A stretch of DNA of 63,983 nucleotides, filler included, from Catajapyx aquilonaris (lineage: Eukaryota): NCBI GenBank assembly GCA_000934665.2. It is 3 parts of 3 records of this genome, joined end to end, with 100 filler letters (N's around TTAATTAATTAA, not from the genome) between each part and the next. Parts side by side here need not be neighbours in the genome. Positions count along the whole stretch, not along the records: positions 1 to 21,437 come from KZ539467.1; 2 more parts are not named here. One strand, written 5' to 3'. The translations under genes and the position numbers were made by a program. The notes beneath the pieces were generated by a model. It was given only the letters and a program-made list of their open reading frames with translations, had not been told where the DNA came from and did no database searches. This document shows, in pieces, positions 1-13,640 of this stretch (positions are counted from its first letter, which is position 1; the number at the start of each line of letters is the position of its first letter).

Positions 1-96
1 TGTCCACATAAGTATCCTCCGTCCGACCCGGGGATCGAACTCGGGACCTTAGAGGTGGAAGGCTGCGGCGCTAACCACTCTGCCACCGTGTCGCCC
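1..96 (-). mobile_element. tRNA-derived SINE family C (5' head, truncated by the window edge)
   Basis: A box GTGGCAGAGTGGTTAG, B box GAGTTCGATCCC. Related copies at about 26865-27135 (-) and 35370-35600 (+). Confidence 0.75.
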
Positions 97-1582
97 TATT
101 AAAAAACAACATGGCTTGCAGATATGAAATTTCTCTGCATTTTGAATAAAGGAATATTTAAAGCCATTTTACCTTGAATTGAAATTTTTTATCATCTCTC
201 CTTATTCCCCCCCTCTTCACGCCTTCCCAGGGCAGGCGGTGTTTTTATTTTGTCATGTCATCAAATCCGTCTGCATCAAGGTCTGCTACATCATCTCATG
301 TATTTAATGCAGGAAAAAAATCACACTTGTTTGGGATCGAATTTGGGCCCTTACAATCAGCAAGAGGCGACGCTAACCATTCGCCTACAAGGTAGCAGTA
401 AACCCCACCTCTTGGAAGTTGTAGTTTCATCATCAGGCGTATGGTTAGCTGTTCCTTTTCATTTCAAGAACGCATAAGTAAAACATTGGTACTAGTAATA
501 ACTTTGACTACCATGAAGGTATTATACTTCTGGGGATTTAAAATGCAGATTTGAAATACCCAGGAGCTTCCCAGAAAATTTTCAGTCATGCGTCAGTTGC
601 ATTCCATTATTATTGGGAAATGACAACCCTGTAATTATGAGAACAATTACCAAATTCAGTGATTTTTGAGTCTGCAATCAACCAAGACGGTTGTTTTCAT
701 ATAATGTAATGCTATCTTGAAAATTTTAATTTACCTGTCACAATATTAATCACCCAAATAAAATAAAACATCACTGAAAATGCAACTAGCAATACCAGAC
801 ACGGCAATCAGTCCCAACCTTTTAACCATCTGATTAACCATCTTAATTATGGAAAAGGCAGGTGGGTCATTCCATGTGAAATCACCGAGTCTCCGACCCT
901 CCCTATTTTGCCAGGTAATGAAAAGAAATTGTGCTTTGTTTACCTGGAGTTGAAATAAATGCACTTGCAATACCTAGCCAGGGACATAGCTAGGATCTTA
1001 GGAGGGAGCAAAAATTTACCAAGACTTTACTTACCTGTATAAAAAATGAAATTATATTCTTATACTAGATTCAGTAGTTTTATTATTGTACATTTTATCA
1101 GTTACATTTAAAAATTTTATGATGTCCCAATGTTTCTAACAAACAACAGGATCAGCCTGTGTTTCCAGAGCGCTGCCTATTCTCACTTGCAAAGAAACAA
1201 AGAAACTGGCGAATGCATCTTGTGTTTTGTGGTAATAAGTACAGGCCTGTCTTCCTAGTAATTCTTGGCTTAGAAAGAGTTGGGAGGGACCGTGGAGGTT
1301 TGTTTATCAACATGTAGTACAATAGTAATTTCAAAAGTTGAGCAGTTGACTCCAGATATAAAAACTTTAAGAGACAGTAGATTAGCATACTACAGCCAAG
1401 GTTACATCTGAAGAACAACAAAATGCATAAAGTCTTTTGCCTGCATACTGTGCATACTGATTAATGCAACTATTCACAAAAAAGCAAAATTAGCTCACCC
1501 ATAAATTACTCAGGACCAAAAAAAACTGCATTTTTAAAAATAATAATTATTATTATTATTATTTTTAAAAAAATGTGAAAAA

Positions 1583-1657
1583 ATGGCCAACTTGGAAGGC
1601 TAAATAATACCCCCATAATTATTATGGGGGTATTATTTAGCCTTTCAAGTTGGCCAT
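1583..1657. repeat. 75-bp palindrome (37-bp arms, 1-nt centre)
   Basis: ATGGCCAACTTGGAAGGCTAAATAATACCCCCATAAT-T-reverse complement, 1 mismatch. Confidence 0.9.
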
Positions 1658-3383
1658 AACCAAGGGTTCTTTATAGTAGAGGCTGTTATATCTGGTGTTC
1701 ACTGTAGGTGCATAAAAGAACTTACTTCAATACCTTTGAACCAACACTCTTCTCTTAAGAATGAAATAAGCAATCCATGGTATTCACATTATAAGCATGA
1801 TCGATCAAAATGTACTTACTAAAAGTTTCATTTATTCTCTTTAAACTACACAATTATATACCTTTCATAACCTACATTTATTTGCAACTGGCACTGGTAC
1901 AATAAATCTGCATTCACAATTTAATAGTATCACTTCACTTGACAATGGGGGGAAATAAGGTCCAGATATTTTCCCTTCCTTCCATGCAATCACTCCAAGT
2001 GAATAACAACAGGTTTGTTTCCTAATTTACAAAATAGAACTGTCCCACTTCCGACAATGTCCCTATCCCAGGTAATAAATCATCCACACTTTATCATTTA
2101 CACATATGCATCATGAGTTTGTTACAAACTGATTTGTACACAGCATGATACGAGGAAAGGTGAAAATTAAAAATAGCTGGAAGTTTTGTACGCTTTCCAC
2201 CAAAAAGGCACCAGGTCTTTGCCCTGTCTCTCCTTTTTTCAAACTCCATCCATATTCAGCAGTCAAGAACAAAAAAAATATTAGCACCAGGTTTGTCTTC
2301 CCGTTCAGGAGTGCAATTAAAATGTCCAAATTTTACATAATGGACAAAAAAAAGGAACCAGGAGAGACCTAAATAACGGTTGGTCATGCCATCAGTAGTA
2401 AATCCAGAACAAGTGGTTGACCAATGTGATTCGTGTAGAATTAATTCCTTGACAGGGTTTACTATTGATCATGGAACCAGTCAAAAGTAATATGTATGAG
2501 AATGTGTGCAGGACATTGGCTTCAACGTTGTCAAATAATTTAAATTCCATGAGAATGATTACACCAGGATTCCTTTGCAGAGTGCACACACTACTCTAGT
2601 GTGGAATGTAACATTGGTCTAGGTCATTCCTCTGAAATGTGCACCATTGTCCTGCACACTAATGTGGTGGTGTTTTGCAAACAAGGAACTCCATGTATGA
2701 AATGATAAGTAAAATAACACCTGGATTCATTGTGATTTCATAACACCACCACCACAAGTCCGTAACAACTGATGAGTATGCAGTGGTTGGGTCACATATG
2801 GCACATGTGCACATTGGAAGAACACGCTCGCCCTCATCTTAAACTATTCCCCTCTAATATTTAAAAAGTGGCAGAAAGGGAAAAGCCTGCGACCTATACT
2901 CTATCCTACACATTTTAAAAGAATCTCACGGTTCAACCAGTGCACAAAAACCCTAACCAGGAAAGCACAAAAGGGGAAGTAATGATCATGAGAAAGGTCC
3001 ACCAACACTTCAGTCTTCTGGGAAGCAGGTTGGAGTCTACTCATAAAAATAACGTATTAAAGGGGGTACCAAGGAGAAGATAAACTATTTCATTTAGAAC
3101 CTTTTGGTTGTCCCATTGTCAACATAATGGGGACTGTTTTCTGATTTGCTCCTTGTAACATCTACTGGTCATGTGGGCCTTCATCCCCAAAATCTGGGAA
3201 GCCCCACATTTTCTACTCTCTGATCCAATCGATAGAAAATTCAATTTAGAAAATAATCAATTCCAAAGTCGAATAATTACTCATTCATCAAAGACCATGG
3301 CAAATCTTTACTGGTATTTCTGGCTTGGGCAAATGTTACGAACCTAAACCATCCTTTGCGTGGACATATTTTGAGTTTCTGCT

Positions 3384-6300
3384 TCAGAATGGGACAGGTA
3401 GCCAGGCTCCTCCCTCGTCCTTCCTGTAATACCTGGGCCTGTTATCAGGAAAGACAGTGACTGATGGAAAAGGGTGGTCCTGAATGTGCTTCAGAGCAGC
3501 CCGCACATGCAACACAAAATGTGGGGGCTCAACTTCAGGTGAGGTGGACAGGTGCGAGAGGATGAACTCGTCTCTCTGCTGGAGCCATAGGGAGACACCC
3601 CTCAGGGGTTCGTAGCTGAATGGGCCTATCCGAAGCAAGCTCAGGCTTGAGTCATATATGTCCAGCACCTGAAAAGTTTATTGCATGACTATCTTGAAAC
3701 ACACTGCAAACAAACACCAGGCTATCATTGATGTGTAAATGTGAATTTATGCTCATTAATAACAATTTAACCTTGCTTAGAAAGTTGTGGAAAGGCATCA
3801 TTTTGTTAGAAGTTTTGTAGTAATTTATTACAGGAGCATGAAGCCATAACAAATGACCACTGACAAACAATGGAAGGGGCATGCTCTATTCCAAATTTTC
3901 CTTCAATAATATATTATATTAGTCCAGCCTTGGTTCACTTAACAAAGTATATTATATGGTTGACTTAAAATTTATTGATACTTCAGCTTATGGAACTGAA
4001 GTACCAGTGCTAATTAGTTTAATGCAAATGGTACAAGAGGTCTTTTATGCCCATAAACTGTACGAGGCAAAAGTTGACGTGATTAACCCTTAACTACGTA
4101 GGTGGGCGAAACACCTTTAACTACGTAGGTGGAGCCTGAGAGGCTCCAACGGTATATTTAAATTTCTGCTTATCAACTAAATTCTTATATTGGACTTTTC
4201 ACACACAGAAAGTGCAGTTCAGATCATTAGGCTTCCGAAAACGTAAAAACCACACGCTGAGTCAGCATATTCCAACAGGGAAAAATTTGTAATTAAAAGG
4301 TTACATCATGCTTGAGCCGCTCAGGCTTCACCTACGAGATATAGAGCCTGAGCGGTTCCAGGAGGGACCTGTTCCTCGTTATGATTTTTTTTAAACCAAA
4401 GAATCGGGACAAAAAAAAAAAATTTCTTTCCTTTTCATGCTTAGGAAGGTTTTTCTGACAAAGTCACGGAAGGACAGGGGAAAATAAAATTCAATGAAAA
4501 AGTTACATGTGTTTAAATCGTGCTTGGAGCCTCTCAGGCTCCACCTACGTAGTTAAGGGTTAATAAAATGAATCATACCTCTCTAGATCCAGTGAAGTGC
4601 CTTGCATTTCTGAGGGGCAGGTCTGGGCCTTTATCAGGAAATGTGGCAGGGAAAATATCACCTGTCTTCACATTCATTCCTTGAATGATAAAATAATCAA
4701 GATTAGTTGACAATCGCTGCATTGACATTATGTATTCCTGACTCACCTACTCCATATATGATGGGCCAATTAATTCCTCCTCTTGTGGTACTGTTCAGTT
4801 CACCAACGCATACCTTTGCCAGTTCAATATTGAGAGGGTGCTGGTGTAGAGAGGCTAAAAAGAGAAATAAAATTATTGTTTTACATATCGTGTGCTGTGT
4901 AACTTTGTGGCATGCTCTCCTAAAGTCTGTAGGACCATTTTCAGGTACAAAGCCTGTGAGCTATGGGGAGTTCTACCCCTATTTCATGTTGCTTTACCTT
5001 AGAGCAGCGGTTCTTAACCTGGGGTGCCCACACCCCATAGGGGGTGGGACCAAGGTGCACCTCTGGTCTTACTTGTTAGTCTAACTAGGAACTTAATTAA
5101 TCACCCCTGGTATAGGGGTGCGACAAGGACCAGCTGTCTTCAAAGGAGTGCAGAGGCCCGAAAAGGTTATGAACCCCTGCCTTAGAGCTTAGACCTATAA
5201 GAAGTCCATTTTACTAATAATTATTACACATGTAGACTTCCAGTGCAATGTATGAGGGACTTCTGAAGTGACTCACCCTTATGTTATGTTGTGTTATATT
5301 TTAATACCGACTTATCATGGCATATCTAACACCAACGTGGTGCACAACAAGGGGTTCTCCACTAATTTCATCATGCTGGCAGAGAATTGATATGTGGGCA
5401 TGATATTATGTGTATACAGGGAATTAGGCATTGAGTGACATCATGTCAAAGGGCATTGATACTTGATCCCTGGATATTTGTAGCTAGTTTAGTATTTTTT
5501 ATTAATACTTTAAGTATATGTTTCTAGAGGTGACACTTGTAACAAGGCACTCCATTCAGAAAAAAATGTTCCATAATGAACAAGTTTCTAAACAAAAATG
5601 CATTGACTATTATCTGTGGTGACCAAACAAAAATTCCACATTGTGCAAGTTTCTGGTGAATCTGGGGAAGGTTATAAGCAGGCTTGACTGTATAACCTTG
5701 AATAAGGGCAGCCCAACTAATCAGAGTCCCTGATCATACAGAGTGTAGCTGCTATTCTTCAGCTATGGGTGAGCCTACTCCTAATGCTGAGATTTATGTC
5801 ACATACAGTAACCATTTCATCAGGGGCAGAGATTAGTTTGAACAGCAATACTAAAGATCTGTGTATCACAGCCTCCGGAAATACCCTTGCCAAGGTATTC
5901 CCACAGAACATTGATTGGCGACAAGAAAACATGCAGGTGTTTCATTGTTCATATTAATTGACACAATTGAGACGTGCCCCATTTTCACTTAAGTGAGATA
6001 CTGTTAATATGAATCAGCTTGAAATGGCAATCCAGTAACATTAGTCTAGTTTTAGGCTTGCTTTGGTTTGATTAGGAAGGAACCAAAGCAACCCAGTTTT
6101 AGGCAATGACGTCACTGGATCCCTTTGTTAGCAATGGTCCTTTCACCTTTCTAAAGGCCATTTCACAAAAAAATAAATCGCGCGGCAAATGGCGCGCGTT
6201 GCGGCATATTTGTTGCGGGGCATATTATTGCCAATAATTAATAATAATTGGCGGGGCACGCGTTTGCCGCTTGACGCTGCCGCAAAATCTTTTTGTGTTT

Positions 6301-8967
6301 TGACCTTAAGGCTGTCTTCAATCTATATTTTAGTTTGTTTGTAGAGTTGTTTGTTTGTGGATTCGCTAGAGAAATCCAGGGAAATGCCCCTACACCGCCT
6401 TAAATGAGTTCAACGGGGGTTACTTTTTACGAGGAATTTAATGGCGCATATTTCAGCTTCCGAAAATGCGCCTAACTCCCACAACACTCTATAGCTCCTC
6501 CCTTGAGCCATCATTCGCCAACAATATAAATGATATATGACTTTTGTTTTTGAGCCATCTCCATGGAACCAGGGAGCATATACTACATAAGAGGCGCAAA
6601 CATTCGATTTTTTTCGTCTCTCTGTTTGTCGCGTTGCCAAGGCTGGCGGCCATCTTGAAGTGTGTGGTATGTCAACGAGGTATGAATAGGGTACAGGCAG
6701 GCAGTCAAGGTCCGCAGGGGTCCGCCATCTTTGATAGTTTTGGCTGCCATGGAAATACACGGCAATAACAATTTACTTACCCATTTTCCAATATCGAATT
6801 CAAATTCGCGCGTGTTCTTGCAGTGTAGTTCCCATGGCAGCCAAAACCATCAAAGATGGCGGACCTTATTTTTGCCGGTACCCTATTTATACCTCGTTGG
6901 TATCCCACACACGTCAAGATGGCCGCCGGCCTTGGCAACACCCTATAAACAGAGAGACGCGAACAACAATGGCCCGACAGAAGTTTGCGCCTCTTATGTA
7001 GTATATGCTCCCTGATGGAACCTTAACCCTGCAAAACCCAAACTAAAAGGCAGCATGAAACCAGACAGTCAACTCCAGTCCCGTCTAGAAATTAAAGCAG
7101 CCAGACACAAGCGGCACAGAAGCAACAACACAATAATGGCTTTCCATTTCTACGTTTATCTGCTGAGAAGTTGTGTCTATCCATAGACACCTGACAACAT
7201 CTGCAACAGCTTTGGCTCTGACATCACCAAGGATTGCTGCAATAATTATTGAAGGGTCTTGTGCCAGAAGGGGGTAAGTCAATTTTTGATCAGCGTTCAT
7301 TTATAGGGTAGACTCTATTGATAAAAAATTGCCTGATCGTTTGGTACAAGAACGGAATAATCGCCCTGTGCAGGGTGTCACCCTTCTTCCCTCTTCACAG
7401 GTAATGACAAACTTTGGCTTATTGTTTTCAATTAGCCTACTACACAATGGTCCATAATACCAGTTTTAAGGCATAGAGTGTATATGGAATTCAAATTTTA
7501 TAAACAAACTTCCTAAAAAAATATAGATATGGATGCCCTGACCCCTACCACCATAACATACCCGGGCAACACTGGGTAACCTGCTAGTAATCACATAAGC
7601 AAGTAATCTCCCAAATATTTGTTGCCTATGATAGAAACACCTGTATCACCAATATCTTGGCTTGCAATGAGCAGTATCTATTTCTTTGCCATGTTACATT
7701 TTTAAAAGCTCGAAAATATGGACCACATAATTTTGCATCAATATTGCGAGTTGCAAAAGAAATGACTGGGTGAGGAAAATATTACTTTTAATAATAAAAA
7801 GAAATTTTATATTGCATTAATGTGAACAGCATTATATTGTCATCCCTGAAGTGTGTTTTATTGGGGACCCATAAATTACCATTTCTGCTTGACAGATCAC
7901 CATGAATGAATAGCAGCTTTCCTATTTTTAACTACCCTGACATGCAGAAGCAGTTAACAAAGACAAAATAACATTATTATGATATTAATCTTATGTCAAC
8001 TAATAAATATTCAATCTGGATTCAATGTTACTCACAAAGAATGGCTGAGAACAGTTCCTCTGAGTATCCTCTTGGGTCTGCAAATCCTCCTATCAAGCAG
8101 AGCTCTAACTGGCCCATTGGATGGCCCATGGACAGCTCCTGAACCCTTTGGGCAAGCGCACTTGTCCCATCTTCCAATCCAGACCTGTCAGCATGAGCTA
8201 AGCCTGTCACCCCAGAACCTGCAACCAAAAAGAGAAAACAACCTGGGTTAGTACCCACAACAAACTAGTTGATTGACTGCTAGGCTGAAGTATGTGTGAC
8301 TGTACCTGAATGCCTTAGTATAAGTATAATGCAGGTTGTACTGTCATCAGATCCGAGGATTGTGATGGTCTCTGAAAAATTCATATTGTAAATAAATATG
8401 TAGTCTCCCAAGATTCACATCAAGAGCAGAGAAAATTCCAATGCAAAATACATGTGAAGGGATCTTCAAAATTTGTGAACGCCAGTATTGTAGCAACTGG
8501 TGGCAGTCTATCCACCCTCACATATATCTGTCACATCTTCCCAAAATATTGATTATGATATGGTGGGGCAGAATTTCAGCAAAAAGTCTTTATTATAGTT
8601 ACTGCATTTCTGTCACCAACAGTTAACTACACATATACTGGCATGTTTGCTAAATGTAATTCTGCCTGCTTGGCAGAATTGACTTCACTCAGATTATTTT
8701 TGTAGTTTCTATTCTATTCCAATCAGCTTACTGGCAATATTTGTAAACCAATTGTTATCGATCAAATTCCTAGAACTTACTGTCTTGTGGCATGGTAACT
8801 GCCAGCTCCCTTTGGCCAACATAGAGAAGACCTGCAGGCCCCACCACCTTCGGAGGAATGGCGGTGAGCTGCAAGGCACCTTCCTTCAATTTTGGATACT
8901 GGGTGTACAAGGAGCGGGAATCTGTTATCCCTACTCCCAGAACCTCATTGTTGACCATCAGAACCAT
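3384..8967 (-). CDS. NTAN1: Protein N-terminal asparagine amidohydrolase (N-degron pathway), 6 coding exons, 309 aa
   Basis: Exons 8967-8781, 8371-8306, 8218-8036, 4854-4747, 4679-4579 and 3668-3384. All introns are GT-AG and phase-consistent, total 930 nt. Motifs LLYVGQRELAVT, ILGSDDSTTC (catalytic Cys), GLAHAD, LIGGFAD, PIIYG, LSTSPEVEPPHF. An acceptor AG at 8970-8969 just before the ATG implies an upstream 5'UTR exon. Confidence 0.95.
4087..4559. mobile_element. piggyBac-type MITE (copy 1, NTAN1 intron 5)
   Basis: TTAA on both flanks, termini CCCTTAACTACGTAGGTGG / CCACCTACGTAGTTAAGGG, asymmetric internal repeat GGAGCCTGAGAGGCTCCA. Closely similar copy at 56631-57100. Confidence 0.9.
5005..5179. 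mobile_element. hAT (Charlie-like) MITE
   Basis: Termini CAGCGGTTCTTAACCT / AGGTTATGAACCCCTG. Exact 8-bp TSD CCTTAGAG at 4997-5004 and 5180-5187. Confidence 0.85.
6570..7014. mobile_element. Foldback MITE, P-element-like termini
   Basis: Perfect 32-bp TIR CAGGGAGCATATACTACATAAGAGGCGCAAAC, with imperfect inverted arms about 190 bp long. 7-bp TSD ATGGAAC at 6563-6569 and 7015-7021. Confidence 0.85.
7558..7588 (+). mobile_element. Helitron-like 3' terminus
   Basis: GC-rich hairpin ACCCGGGCAACACTGGGT followed 7 nt later by CTAG|T. The 5' end is not defined. Confidence 0.45.
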
Positions 8968-10751
8968 CCTGAGGAAATAACAAATTACAGGCATTTAAAT
9001 TGAGCAACCCTGTGAAGACCCTATTATTGTCAAGGCAAGAGTAAATGAATGATAAGGTTTCTGCCATGCCACATTCTGGGTGGGTTGAATGTGTGAGTGC
9101 ACACTGAGTGGTTGACAGCATTACTACTCACTGTTGGTAAAAAATAATATTTCAAGCAGTAATACGTACAACAAGAATCAAGCACTTGATTTTTTGGATG
9201 TACTATGGCATGTAAACCTTCTCTGTATCAATGCATGAGAGCATCAATGCTCATGCAATGCAGTAAATGCTGGTACTCTTGCATGCGCCAATAAAGATGT
9301 ATCCTTTTCATATAATCTGGGCTCATGTGATTTCATTTCAGGCGTAGGCTGATATTGTTTGTTTATAATACTCGTTTTCAGAACTTTTTCCTAGGGGAAT
9401 TATAGCCTACATTGGCTTCTCACCATGATTTCCATGATCCACTTCCTGATACACTATTTGCTCTTTCATATTTGTGTGGTTCATTTACTTTGTCCAGAAT
9501 CAAGTTTTAAAAGTGTATTATCTTGGAAAGTTTTCCTTATTGTTCTTTGTTTTGGATAACACCTTGTGGTCTGCCACCCTACTAAAAATATGCACACCTG
9601 CACATTGTGATAAGGTGATTTAGGTCACACTACATGACATAAAACACTATCTTATCACAATATATATACAGATATTCATTTTCCTCATAGACATAGCCAT
9701 GATGGGCAGTGACTCATTATAATCATTGAAAAAGCGCTTAACCACCTTAAACATACGGTATCCTACAAAAGGCACAATCAAGTTCTAATAATTTAATTGT
9801 ATGCAGTGAGTATTCCATGCGCCCACTGTTCATATGGCGCACCCAAATATTGGCCCCCGTAAAGATGGTGGTTGCTACACTTTTATGGCCAGACAGATAC
9901 AATAGGAAAGGGAGGAGATATTCAAGTAAAGCCATGAACAGCAAAGACCTGCTTGCAGGAGATAAATGTAAAAATTACTTGATATTGGACCTTCGTACTA
10001 TGTAATCATGAGTGTCTCTAATTAAGACCATGCATTTAAAAATGTGATGGGAGGTATTTTAGTTACGAAGAATTTTTCCCTTAAAATGATATAGGCTGAT
10101 GAAATAAATGAAGCATTGCCTTCGCCTCTGAGTGGTTGTATTTGTACTTATCCTGCTGAGATGGAGTTCTACAAGCTTCCTGACTGTTACAGTAACAATA
10201 CTAACAAACATAGCATTCTAAGTTTTGGGGTGAAGTCGTTCTGCATATTGGCTTGCTCAACCATAAATGGATAGCGTCCAGCCAACGAGGCTGCCAACTG
10301 ATAAAAAAGTAATAAAACAATGTCTCAACATTATGGATGAATCCATGATAATCTATAATATTAAAATCGTAGTGGACATGTTTGGCCGAGCGATTTGGTC
10401 CCCCCCCCCCCCNNNNNNNNNNNNGGGGGGGGGGGGGGGGGGTGTTGTTCCAGTTGCAAAAATGTGGACCTTTTCCCCCTTTACTCTTAGGATGTCCTTC
10501 AAAATATAGTTCTTACTATGGAAGGCTCTTTATTAGCTTTACAATATACAAATGATAACACTTTACAATTGAAACACAATGCAGTTGCTATGAGTATCTG
10601 TGATTATGTAACAAAGTTACCTCTGAGCAAACTAATGGCGCCTGAACAAATTGCGTAGTACGTGTTGTCTGGGACCTAATGGCTTGCTGGACGCCGCGTG
10701 TGTGGACCTTTTTAGGGTGGTCGCCAAAAAGGCGGGCACTTGTACCCACCT

Positions 10752-10974
10752 TTACCTGGCAACCCTGTCCGGCGGGCCAATTCAAACATCAGCCCATGGA
10801 GACCGCTTCCATTGTTGCCACTGTTTACAAATCGAGTGAGTGACGCGGACGACCCAGCGACGGGTCTCTTCTGCCTGCGCACTCACTCACTCGATTTGTA
10901 AACAGTGGCAACAATGGAAGCGCTCTCCATGGGCTGATGTTTGAATTGGCCCGCCGGACAGGGTTGCCAAGTAA
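10752..10974. repeat. Near-perfect inverted repeat (92-bp arms, 39-bp spacer) in a CpG-rich segment
   Basis: 10752-10843 is the reverse complement of 10883-10974 with about 2 mismatches. Confidence 0.95.
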
Positions 10975-11970
10975 CGCCGCCACCGTCGAAAAATACATTC
11001 AGCGACAGCTAATTTGTCCAGCACTGTATGCATATGATTGGCATCATCACTGGCTATAAATCCGAAGCGATTGAAAATATGGTAGGCACTGAAGTCCGCA
11101 GGCATAGAAAAAAGCGAGCATAGTGAGGGTGTTTATAGTAACGAATATAAAGACTGCAGGTGATTTTAATGTGATTTCATTGTTGTCCGGAGCAGTGGTT
11201 TGTCAGCATTTCAGTGTGATATGGTGCACACTAGTAGGCTTGAAACTGATAAAAATAATCAAAATAACTATTGGAATCAATCAAGTCAAAAAATTTTGAG
11301 GACTACTGACCTGGAAACTTCCAGATTTACAAGTACTCCTGTTAGAAATGCAGAGATTTATAAGTTTTATATGCGTGAGATTCCACCAACAGTGCAGAAG
11401 TGCTAAGCACAGCTAGCAGAATGCTCATACAATAGTCCCAAGTCCATTTGGTGGAAACAGCCCAAAGGACCCCCTAAAGCTTGTTAAAAATTCTTCCCAT
11501 CAGTCACTATTTTCAACCTCCACTCAATAACACAGCAAGGCAAAAAAAAAACCTGAGCATATGCCAATCTGAATGCTGCCGTACTATTATACAATCAACA
11601 TTGAATGCTTCTGCTGTTATTTTTAAACATGACATGAAATTTGCAGAAAAAGTATCTGTCACAGGCATAAGGTATTATTAGTATAAGTACGAAGATTGAA
11701 GACCTCTGGTTTCCTTTCTTGGTCACGTGGATTACAATGAAACAAAAGTCAGCTTACAGCCGTAGCATAGAAGGAATTATTTCGGAAACTTGTTTCCACT
11801 CTCCCCTGCCTCCTTACTACAGTGTGTGCACAGTGATCCTTTCACTTCTGGCCTGCTCTTCTCTGAGATTCCTTATCTGAATTTGGATTATCCCGACACG
11901 CGACACCTCTCATTCCCATTTAATCAGGATAACCACAACTACTGTTTTTAGGTTAATTTAGCAGTTTGAC

Positions 11971-12552
11971 AATTGAAGACGTCACTTGCCAAAGGGCCCA
12001 ACTCCACGAGGTGAAATTTTTCAGGAGAGATTAAAAACTGCATAATTATCTGCATAATTGCCCCATTTAGAGTTTCCCAGTTTATGATGCTCATAGGGCA
12101 CCATTATACACACCTAGTGGCATAGACATCATCTACTGGAAAGCAATAGGTCAGAGTCTATTGAAGGTCAAAAGCAGTGGAGTTGGGCCCTTTGGCAAGT
12201 GATTGCCCGCACCAACATTTCCTGTTGCAATTTCAGTGGTATATAGTCATGCCTGTCCAGATGAATACATCATATTTGTAAAGTAGGACTGCAAAGAAAG
12301 ATGTGACCAGTTTTATTTCCATCCTATGTTAATAATTATTAACATTAATCACAATCTGATTTGAGTCCAGTCACTTGCCAAAGGGCCCAACTCCAGTAGT
12401 AGGCAATGGACTGCAATCATCATATTCAATTTTAAGGCACGTCTGATTGACCTTGGCCATTCATCTTCACCAGGGCTGTGAGGCCTGGATCCAAGAGTAG
12501 GAATCCGCAATAAAACGGATTTTCGAAATTTTGGCAAGTGACGTCTTCAATT
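11971..12552. mobile_element. MITE with 23-bp TIR and internal subterminal repeats
   Basis: AATTGAAGACGTCACTTGCCAAA at both ends in inverted orientation. The motif TCACTTGCCAAAGGGCCCAACTCCA occurs at about 11982, 12177 (inverted) and 12371. Confidence 0.75.
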
Positions 12553-12635
12553 ATTACATATGAAGATATCCTATCACAAGCAGCATTTCACCATGAGCTG
12601 CAATTAGAGTAAAACTAGCACTATATCGTTTGACC

Positions 12636-12900
12636 ACCGAAGCAGTGGTGGCGGAGGGGATATGGTATCCGACTGCTAATCGGGAGGTCCTGGGTTCGAA
12701 TCCCGGTGCCTGCAACTCTAACCGTGGTTTTCTGTGGTTTCCCACGGTTCCTCCAGGAGAATTCCGGAGTTGTTTCCTAAACGAATAGGCCACAGCCGCC
12801 TCCTTCCTTTCCTATCCTATCCCAAAAACGAAACGAAGAGTTCCAGTCAAAACAAAAAAATATCCCCCCTAAAGAGCCGCCGACTGATAACGGGGTATGA

Positions 12901-12956
<56 letters not shown>
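12636..12956 (+). mobile_element. tRNA-derived SINE family A, full length
   Basis: A box TGGCGGAGGGG, B box GGTTCGAATCC, (ATT)n tail, 14-bp TSD TATATCGTTTGACC at 12622-12635 and 12957-12970. Confidence 0.9.
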
Positions 12957-12961
<5 letters not shown>

Positions 12962-13382
12962 CGTTTGACCCATACCATGCCCACCAATATATTTGATGTG
13001 GTCAGGTGCGTTAATTTGTAAAAACCCTTGTGTAGAATAATTTTACATGAGTCCACCACAGACACCTACATCAGCTGATGAAGCTTGCCAGGCCATGACC
13101 AAACTGCCCATAATTTCCCTCCTGAATGGCTTCACTCAGCTACTACCCTAGTTTGATAATAATCCCAACAAGAGTGGCAAAGACCTTGACAGGTGCAGCA
13201 GACAGGGCTTCCCTTCTTCACCCCAAGACCTGATCCTCTGCCTTTCACCCCCAACAGATCCGTATCGATCTGGGCCCCAAGCACATCCAAACCTGACAGC
13301 CGAACCCCCCTTCTGCTTCTGTCAGGCACGAGGAAGGCCCTCCCTTGGCCAACCCCTGGATTTAAGTGAAACGAAAGGTTAC

Positions 13383-13640
13383 CTGCAGCCGTGCTCCTCA
13401 ACGACCCGCGCCGCCTACGTCCTGAAGTCTCGAGGGGTTTGATGGCAGGCTGTGTGGAGCCAGGAGGAAGGAGGGCCGAACTGGTCCCGAGGCGGGCAGG
13501 GGTGGGAGTGCTCTCTCGCAGCACTCTCTGGGCAGCCAGGCCAGGGAAGGGCAAGAAGTGGGAGCTGGGAGGGGAGGTGGGGAACAACAAATCACAAAAA
13601 CGGGACCTCAGGCCGCCATATTGGTGTCTGCGGACGATGG
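13383..13640 (-). promoter_or_regulatory. Candidate NTAN1 promoter / non-coding first exon
   Basis: GC/CpG-rich island, YY1-like AATATGGCGGC at about 13622-13612 on the minus strand, strong donor GCAG|GTAACC at 13382. The NTAN1 coding exon 1 needs an upstream donor. Confidence 0.45.

Noticed and set aside
12636..12712. tRNA genes (also at 20-96, 54837-54915, 58150-58226, 63480-63556)
   Set aside because: A and B boxes are present, but each continues into a repeated body, several with simple-repeat tails and TSDs. These are SINE heads, not tRNAs.
12734..13065. Poly-Leu / poly-Asn ORFs
   Set aside because: Translations of the (ATT)n SINE tail.
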